Below, in pieces: positions 54,979-64,000 of a stretch of DNA of 64,000 nt. The stretch lies in assembly GCA_964016885.1 (NCBI GenBank), contig OZ024742.1:100440001-100504000 (forward strand), written 5' to 3'. The translations under genes and the position numbers were made by a program. Origin of the DNA: Eledone cirrhosa. Lineage: Eukaryota. Under the pieces are notes generated by a model that had not been told where the DNA came from, did not search any database, and saw nothing but the letters and a program-made list of their open reading frames with translations. The number at the start of each line of letters is the position of its first letter. Positions within the stretch are counted from its first letter, which is position 1.

Positions 54979-56265
54979 CCTGTAATTATTTAAAATTTAC
55001 ACACACAAACATAAATCGACATACACACAATGCATTTACTATCTCTGTCATGTTACTACAATAAGTTCGCTTTCCAATCACAAGGTCCTGGGCTCTAACC
55101 CTACATTTATCCCTGTAAATAGTTATTTTTCCAAAGTTACTCATAAATTTAATCCTGTGTTATTGTACATATATATATGCTGGATATTTAATTATATCCT
55201 AAAACTAGTTTCTTTTATTGTCATTCTTATCTTTAATCATTTCCATTTATCAGCAATCAATGTGAACTATAGGGTTTCTCTTATGCAAATTATAAATGTA
55301 TCAAAACGCAAATTTCCGAGTTGTTACACTTGTTCATATATCTTTTTTAGTGGGGTGGGGCAACATCGGTAGTGTGAAGAGAGGAGACCTGTAGTCTTGG
55401 GTGACTTCTAGACTTCTACCAAACATTTTGCTTATGCCTACACATTGGAACGCAACTTTCCATGTGCAAAGCTTTGGTTAGTCATGACTGATTTAATGCT
55501 AGATAAGCTTATATACAGTATTTTGGTAATCACATCTTTTATCTGTAACTCTGTAGCAATAGATCAGCTATGAAGTATTTTTCATCTAAGTCTTCAAAAA
55601 GTTTTTCTTGGTTTCATTACTTCAACAAAAATGTTTAAAGACCATCACAGAATACTCTGATAAATGCTTCTCTCTTAGTTTCACAAAATCTGTACAGAGG
55701 CATATATTTTCTCAATATAATTTTGAAGCAGTCCGGCAGTAAATATCTCAACACGTCTAATTTCGGATCTACATTCAAACTGTCATGCAGTGTCCGACAT
55801 TGCAATCCTCAGCAATATGTATTTGCAAGGGTATTGTAAGTCATAGTAAATTAGACCCTATGGCCTCCTCCCAACAATTTATTTTCTACTTGTAAATTTA
55901 CAAATGACAGACAGTTACGGTATCTAAACATCTCCCCGGTGTGTCTTCACTCTTCCACATTAATCTAGATGCCTTAATTTTGTATTGCTACAATTCTAAT
56001 CCAGTAAATGCTATATCTACACCCTTTAAATATTAAGTATTTAAAGAGTTCTACGTTCCAAGCATCAATTTCGTAGTCCTGATGTTTACAGTGTTTACTC
56101 ACACTCCAGCCGTTAACAGATTTGTCAAGTCAGGAATGGAAACAGTCTGAAGAAAGATTATAGATACAAATGTGTCACTACTAAACCCAAAACAAGGCTG
56201 GTAGTGTGCGAAGCCACGTACCCGTTCATGGTATTTCAACACATTTTATTTATCCCACTCCATTT

Positions 56266-56750
56266 AATAATTGTTTCTACTTTTGGCACAAGGCCAGCAA
56301 TTATCCCAGTGTATGACTGGTACATTATTTTATCGACCCCGTAAGGATGAAAGGCAAAGTTAACCTCGGCGGGATTTGAACTCAGACCGTAAAGGGACGT
56401 AACTCTATGTTGCAAAAGCATGGTGTCCGACTCTCTACCGATATATCACCATTTCATCCTATCTTATCTAAGCTTTCCACATCCACTCCACCTACACACA
56501 TTTCTATGTTTCTAAACTTACAATAAAACGTAAAATGTACACAGTTTTCAAGTAGAGCGTCGGACACCATGCTTCGCGGCATGGAGTCGCGTCCCTTTAC
56601 TTTATGGGTTCAAATCCCGCCAAGGTTAGCTTTAGCTTTCATTCTTACAGGGTCGATAGAATAATGTACCAATAATGCATTGGGATCGATTTAATCGACT
56701 TTCACTTTCCCCAAAAATTGTTGGCCTTGTGCCTAAATCCGAAACCATTA
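56266..56750. mobile_element. Head-to-head pair of SINE family A copies (56266-56442 -, 56551-56750 +)
   Basis: Both match family A, in opposite orientations, ~110 bp apart. Confidence 0.85.
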
Positions 56751-58245
56751 TTTTCTTTCCGCCCATTTCAGACCCTTCTTCTTGTTTCATCTCTATTATA
56801 CTCCACTTTTACTCTGTCTCATTTCATCTCCATTTCCTCCCTTCTTGATTACATAACATTGCCAATCCGTATTGATATTAGTGGAGTTCTTGTAAGACGG
56901 TTTATTCTTTGGGTAAACTTTCTAATACATTCCTCTTTTAAGGGAGAGCAATGACAATAACTTAGTTTCCTCAATTAACCGTAACCTAAGAGATATGTAT
57001 ATGTAGGAATCGATTGGATAACGATGTAAGAAAGCGATGTTCGAATCCTATCATCCATTGGGTCGTACGAACTGTACATGTATCATGAAAACTTAGTTTT
57101 TATATATGTAATCCAAATAAAGTAATTGGGTGAATCTTATCCGTCTCCAAACATTCTACATAGGTGAAATTTAACCCAACTATTAATAGCAAGATAGCCT
57201 GGTCATTTGATATCGAAGTGTCTTAACCAAGGACACAGCACAACGCGAATGAAAGGAAATTAACTATCGACGTTATAGTCGACAATATGTTACTCTAGTA
57301 ACTAAAATGAAAGCTTGTCCATATAGTTCTAATTTCGGTGGGTGGTGAGAGGAAAAGAATTTTTTTAAAGTGTTACGGAAGGAACAAATCCTACTCCCTT
57401 GCCTGGGCGATTACATCACATCTGCACCCTGTTGACAAGATAGCGAAAGGGTTGCTTCAGAAAACAACCAGCGATATTCTCTGCAATGTCCATTCTGTCG
57501 CACAGAGCTCCTTCCTCGGGAGAGGATTCATTCTGTCAGTCTGGGGAACGCAGACATTTAAACTCCCTGTAATACTCTCAGACTCTCCAGGCTAGGCTGT
57601 TCCAATTACTGACCCTACACCATCACCCCTACACACACACACTAGGCCGTTACAATCAATGCCACTGTAACACTCTCGGACGCCCACGCCAGGCCGTTAC
57701 AATTAATACCAGAGAATTTTATTGGCAGCGATACATTCTTCAATTATCTTTAGTTAATTACTTTGGCATTTTTTTATTGGTTTCTTTATTTGTATTAGCT
57801 TTCTTTTACGAATGTGTAATCACACACACACAAACGCATATACACACACATGCGTATCACACGCACACGTACACATATATATATATACAGAGAGAGAGAG
57901 AGAGAGAGAAGCATACACTGACAGAGGAATAGGTGTAGTGAGAGAGAGAGAGACTAGTTGGTAAAATGAAAGAAAGAATGGGTGGCTAAGACATTAAACT
58001 ACTACTGCCTAATGAGTCATATTGCCTGCTGCTGTTTCATTAGGGTAGGTAGGTCACTTAATATTCACGATGACTCAGACCACTACCAGCTAACTACAGG
58101 AATCTTTACCTGCAACACACGCTGTCTAATGTCCCATCTCGGTTATTCATTCCTCATCTTTCTTCATGGCATTCGTAAATCAAACAGGTTGCAGTAGTTA
58201 AATTCTCGCTATCCCATCACTCCTAGCACTTTCAGATAGAATGTA

Positions 58246-58354
58246 ATAATTGTTTCTACTTTTGGCACAAGGCCAGCAATTACACCAGTGCATCACTGGT
58301 ACTTCATTTTATCGACCCCGTAAGGATGAAAAGCAAAGTTAACCTCGGCGGGAT
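58246..58354 (-). mobile_element. Truncated SINE family A
   Basis: Matches the 3' half of the family A sequence. Confidence 0.85.
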
Positions 58355-59109
58355 TATATATATATATATATATATATACACAGGATGCCCCCCCCCCCCC
58401 CCAAAAAAAAATGTACACACACTTTGATTACTTGTCAGGCAATATTTATTAGAATGCTGTTAAAGTGTGTATACATTTTTTGGGACAAGCTTATATACAT
58501 ATATATATATATGTTAGGTATTAATTTAACAATGAAAATAATAACAACAAAGTCGAGTTATTTTTCCTATTCGTACCACAGTTTTACGATCGTTTCGGAG
58601 GGTTGATCATATTGACATATTGTCTGATCTATAGCAGTTATATAACTGTATACTATCAGACCTCATATATAGGTTTGATCAGACAGTCTTCTTCGGAAAC
58701 ACCACCAAGGGTAGACCACACTGAAAAAAAAAATATATATATATATATTTCCTTTTGTAGTTAGCGGCTAATAGAAAAGAGTACTTAATACCGAAGTAGT
58801 TTAAATATTCACTTTATTATGGGTAAATAGGAACTCTTGAGTTTCACCTGCTTATCACAGGGTCACCCTTTAGTGTTAATAAAATTAATAAAGGCCAAGC
58901 TTGAGTTTTGTTACTCTGGGGCTTCTGCTGTGTGCTCACAGGGTCATCAGACAACACTAAGCTACTGATTACTCATTCTCGGGATAATCAACTATGTATG
59001 TGTAAAACGTAAACAGAAAGAACAAGACAGTACAATGAAGAAATACGTTAGTATGTGTGTTAAGTATTTCTATGTATAGTAAAGAGCTATTCAATTACGT
59101 AAAAACAAT

Positions 59110-59222
59110 ATAATTATTCGATTATCAAAGGTTTTAAGAAACTACTTCATCTGATGAACGGACTGAACGTTTCTGTAAGGATAATCTAGTTTCTTGAAAC
59201 CTTTGGTGATGGAATAATTATA
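59110..59222 (+). repeat. Decayed fold-back with hammerhead-like core
   Basis: Arms attattcgattatcaaaggttttaagaaacta / tagtttcttgaaacctttggtgatggaataat. Core cat-CTGATGA...GAAA-cc ttt gg-T(g)-atg. Confidence 0.5.
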
Positions 59223-60029
59223 GTGTGTTGTTTATTATATAATCACACACACACACACCACACCACACCACACCACACATACACACACACTAGCTTTATA
59301 CACTGATAATTTAAACGTAAAATTTGCTATCATCGACTGATGTAAAAAAACATTCAAAATTTTACAAAACTAAAGTACATCTCATTAACTGTTGTTATCC
59401 TCTTTATTTTCCCTCTTCTGTTAGATAAAACTTATATTTTATGGTTTGATAATCATATCTTGCTTCTATTGAAGAATTACAAATTTAATTATTTAGAAAT
59501 AATCTCAGAATAATAAAATTAGTTCTGAAATGGCATTTAGTAAAATGTGACAGTGTAGTACCTCTGCAGAAATTAGTGTGTGGATGTTTTACTTCTAATG
59601 AAATCTTAGTTTTGATATTGCATGAAAATATCATTATAATGTTGCTGTTGTTGTTAATGCTGTTGTTGCTCTTATTATTATTATGTTTACTGTTTTGTAA
59701 TCTTTTTAATGATTTTTTAAAACATATTTTCTGTCAAAATTTGCAGGTTATTTTCCAATAGTGAGTCGTTATGTTTTTCTTTTGAATTTTTGGGATCACT
59801 TACATAACTATATTGTTTGTCGCCTTTATACATCAACTGAAACTTTTATATTGGAATGTTCGACATATTCCATATAGTTTGACATCTTTCCATTCTAAGT
59901 ATTCTTTAACACTTTTGTTACCATATTTCTAATGAAAGACACTACTTATGGTGGATAATAATATAATGTGAGTGTGTGTGTGTGTGTGTAGTGTGTGTCA
60001 GCATTATTAACCCTTTCGTCTGAAGACTA

Positions 60030-60230
60030 CCACCCTACTCCTGTCGTAATGTATTGTCCGCTGATAGGATGGAGAATACATTGCCCTAAAGGACGATGAG
60101 AGAAACGCGCTAGAATAGTCACTCCACCTCGCAGGGTTCGCACTTTGCGGGCAGTCAGCTCCGCTCCGATGGCAGTGAGAAGGGATGTGGTCGGGAGGCG
60201 AAGAACGCCGGAATTCTCCACTGTTGCAGA
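60030..60230 (-). pseudogene. Second CRE-like 3' fragment, more decayed
   Basis: VENSGVL..TTSLLTAIGAELTARK.., then GNVFSILSA in another frame. It aligns by eye with 12725-12890. Confidence 0.65.
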
Positions 60231-62044
60231 CTCAATTTTGAAAATAATCAGAAATTTTAAAGGATTTAGTAATGTAACTTTTTTAATTTTAAGCTTGGTA
60301 AGGGCGGTTGTGGATTGGCAGTCGTTAGAATGTCATAATGCTTTGTGGTATTCGTCATAGTTTTCTACGTTCTGGGTTCAAATTCCACATAGGCCAACGT
60401 TGCAGTACATCTTTTCGGGAGCGATAAAATCAAGTACCTGTACGTACTAGTGTCGATATAAACGACTTTCTCCGTCCTCTAAATTGCTGGCCTTGTGCCA
60501 ATGCTAGAAATAATTGTTATGTATGGTACATAATTTAACAAAGGCTCTTAACATGGTGGAAGGTTTGAGATGAATATAAAAACTTGAAAATAGTTTAGGA
60601 CTTGTTCGAGGCGGTTTGCTATCGAAAGGGGTAACGAAAGGATTAACTTGCTTCAATTTGTGAATTAAAGCAGTGTTTTGGCTGCAATTTTTCTCACGTC
60701 GTGTGACCAAATAGATGCTCGGTCAATTCATCGGCTTGTTAACAATCCATCATTTTATTCAGAACGTTGGTATATAAGATTTTGAGATTTATAATGCATA
60801 TTTTCGAGTATACGTTTGTACTAAAAGGCGCCCATATCATGTTGCTTTCGCCTCTAATGTTAATCGCATATTTTAGACAACTACTTTTATTTTATTTTAC
60901 TCGTTTTAGTCATTAGACTGCAGCCATGGTGGGGCACAGTCTTGAAGAGATTTAGTAGATCGTATCGACCTCAGTAATGTTTATTTTATGTGTGTATTAT
61001 ATATATATCCAAGAAAGTTGCACATGAAAGAAAACGAAATACGTAGAACGAATGAACAAAAGTATCTGTCTTCCTCATCAGCCACTCCTGGGCAATTCAA
61101 TTGTGTGCATAAGGGAGTATTGCACGATATTTAACCCAGGTTATATATACGATAATTTTCCACAGTTTCTGTCAACCAAATTTCACTCACAAGTCATTTG
61201 TAAACGCGAGCGCTATATTAGAAGACACTTGCCTAAAATGTCACACGGTAGAACTGAAACAGAAACTATGTGGTTGCGAGACAAACTTCAATATACAACC
61301 ATGCCTTCTCAATACGATTGCCAATCTGGTTCGCTAAGATTGAATTTTTTTCTTTCATGTATTTTATGTTCGAGAAAAGAATAGATCTGTAGCTCGCCTG
61401 CTAGCCTTTCCTTTCTTTCCTATAAACTGGAGTAGTTTCCTAATACTAATATACCTAAGCTTAGATTTATTTTTACAGCTTTCATCGTTTGAAATGTCCG
61501 CGATATTTGTTTGTTTGTTTTGTTTTTGTTTGTTTGTTTTTTTGTTGTTTTTTTTTACTTTGTCCGAATGGGTTTAACTGAAGTGTCAAGATTGAAATCT
61601 CATTTCAAACATTTTGTCGATAAAATGTCGATAAAGGCGACTTTGCTTCACACACCTTATTATTAGCTGTCGCCTTCCTCTAGGTATTAACTTTCTCGCT
61701 TTATCAGCTTTACTGCGAGTCATCTCATTTTTTTTTTTATTTAAATCCATTTTATATAGTCTGTATGGCGGTGAATACACAGAGTCGTTTGAAAGTCGGT
61801 ATTTGCTCCGGCTCTCTGCACTCTGAATTCAAATCCTGCCGAGGTTAACTTTATTTTCATGCTTTCGCTGTCGTAAAGTAGTACTTTGAGGGAAAGAACG
61901 TGAATTGGCAGAATTGTTAGGGAGAGGGACGGGAGTCTATGTGGTATTTGATATGGCTCTGTGCATGTTGAGTTCAAATCCCGCCTCCTTTTGTGACTTC
62001 ACAGCTCAAACATTATTATTAGCTGTCGCTTAGTGAATTCTCAA

Positions 62045-62289
62045 CCGCCTGAGAACAGGAATGGTCAATCAAAAGCTGCTATGGCCAGATGGGGCTATAA
62101 GACCGGCCCAACCATCTGCGAATGCGGAGAGGAGGACCATACGATGCAGCACTGCTTTGTTTGCCCTCTACTACCCAACCAGTGCAGCTTAAAAGATCTC
62201 GCAGAATTCAATAATAATGCAAAGGACTGTGTAAAGAAATGGGAAACTGTCATATACCCACATGCTTCGAAGATACGAAAAGAAGAAGA
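62045..62289 (+). mobile_element. 5'-truncated LINE (Ingi/Vingi- or RTE-X-like) 3' end with CCHC finger, (GAA)n tail and 13-bp TSD
   Basis: (LN)RLRTG / GQSKAAMARWGY..CECGEEDHTMQHCFVCP..DL..W. Tail agaagaagaa. agtgaattctcaa occurs at 62032-62044 and 62290-62302. Confidence 0.8.
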
Positions 62290-62806
62290 AGTGAATTCTC
62301 AAACGGGGGCCACCCGACTCTCAGAGGAGGAATTTTAAATTCCAAGGGGGGAAGTTTAGCCAAAGGAATATTAGTCAGACGAAGAAGAGAAACTAAGAAA
62401 GAGTCGTGTACATTGAAGAGATTAGTCAAACTATATACTAATATTCCTAACTATTAACTTAACTCTACCTTTTATCAAACACGAAACCTGCTTCTTTAAA
62501 CTTCATTCTGTTTTGGATTATACAATTATTGAGATTTGAATATTTTACTCGGATAAAAAATTAATAAATGACAGTGCAAAATAGGGTAAGAATTGAGAAA
62601 ACTGAAATTGCAGGGGAATGAATGTGACCTGGGTTTCTGGGAACCACTGCTCTAGATATCAAGTTTCTCGGGTTATCAACTTTACTGCAAATGATCTGGT
62701 TCCTTTTTTTTTTTTTTTGTTACTTTTTATCTTTCCTATATACAACAGTATCTAATGTCAGTTTATCTACAATATCATAATGATTTAAAAAAAGAGTGGA
62801 TAAATG

Positions 62807-62985
62807 CAGACCTGTCAATTCTCTCCGTCCGGCGGGGAGATCTCCCACCCACTTTGGGTGGGTGGGAGATGTCTTTTCCTGTGAAAATGGTTATAACTTT
62901 CATCATGTAAAATAACCCCATTTTGCCTCATTTCTCCCGTTTTGGGGCACCTTTTTTCATAGTACTCCCCGTTCGGGTTTTTAGA
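62807..62985. mobile_element. Second copy of the CAGACCT MITE (no SINE; right end degraded)
   Basis: Colinear with 44084-44187 plus 44367-44440. Confidence 0.8.
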
Positions 62986-64000
62986 TTAAATTAGATGGGG
63001 AGTAGGTCAACTTGGCTATACGGTATATCTTATCTGCACCCTCTTTTGGAGAACATGTCAAAAGTATTACCGCGGAGACTTCATCTGGGTTTGAAATCAG
63101 AGCATTGTTAGGTAGAATAAATACCAAGGCATTTAACGCCTAATGTTTCTACCGATTGGCTGCCTATCTCACAAACACATAATAATGATGAATTATTTTG
63201 TCAAGGCGTCAGGTACGGTCTATGATAGCTTAATCGATTAATTGAACATCATCAATAATTATATTGATAATATTCCAATATTAATTGGAACATACATTAT
63301 CGAACACCGAAGGGAAATGAAGGGATCAAAGTAGACTGTGATTAAATTTGAACACACAATTCGATAACCTAAATATCTATAATAACGTGCTGAACTGCAA
63401 TCATTATTGTGATTGATTTGTTTTGTCTGGATACAAGTATAGTTTGTACTATGATGTACTATATCGGTTGGTAATTATACTATTAGTTCATTTCTGATCG
63501 ATTATAAATCAATGGAAGACGGTTTACGAGTAGTTTGTTTTTTTTACTTCTAATAGCCATAGAGCGAAAGTAGGTTCTCGGCCTGTTGAGTTAGCGACCC
63601 GGTTTCCCTCTTCGGTTATTTATAACTATTTCACTTCACTTGCCTCACTAATACTCTGCAAATTATACAGTATTACCCCCACTGGAGTGTGTACGTGCAT
63701 GTGTGTGTGTGTGTGTGTGTGTGAGAGAAAGAGAGGACAGACAGACAAACATGCTGACGAAGATTTAAATATTTCTACGAGGAAATTGTTGCTTTTCCTA
63801 AGAGATTGATTTTCCACCTGTCTTGGCAGGTCTTGGGAGAGAGAGAGAGAGAGAGATGGGGGGATAGGCAGAGGAAGAGGAGGGGAGATAAGGTAGTGAA
63901 GAAGTGACCAGAGAGGAAAGAAATAACACAGAAGTAAATAGATTTGAAAGATAGATCAATGTTCAGTTCACCACCACCACATCTCGTCTAATTTCGTAGA

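Noticed and set aside
55330-56230. Possible decayed transposase or host exon region
   Set aside because: The frames I translated have frequent stops and no motif I can recognise.

Overview
This is eukaryotic, very AT-rich DNA saturated with microsatellites: (TA)n, (CA)n, (GA)n, (GATA)n, (ATG)n and (GGT)n. The repeat landscape resembles an octopus/cephalopod genome, which is an inference only. I found no convincing host protein-coding gene, and nearly all ORFs in the track are microsatellite translations. The real coding remnants are two Penelope-like element (PLE) GIY-YIG fragments (471-854 +, 11044-11810 -), two CRE-like non-LTR fragments and a 5'-truncated Ingi/Vingi-like LINE with a TSD. 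Many tRNA-derived SINEs, several MITEs and a non-autonomous Helitron are also present. The main signal is a dense set of type I hammerhead ribozyme (HHR) motifs from several unrelated families. They include a 535-bp tandem array carrying one HHR per unit (retrozyme-like, 7104-8540) and a 434-bp HHR tandem. They also include many short fold-back elements embedded in (TA)n whose symmetry axis lies in or next to the hammerhead itself. All structures were read by eye and coordinates may be off by a few bases.
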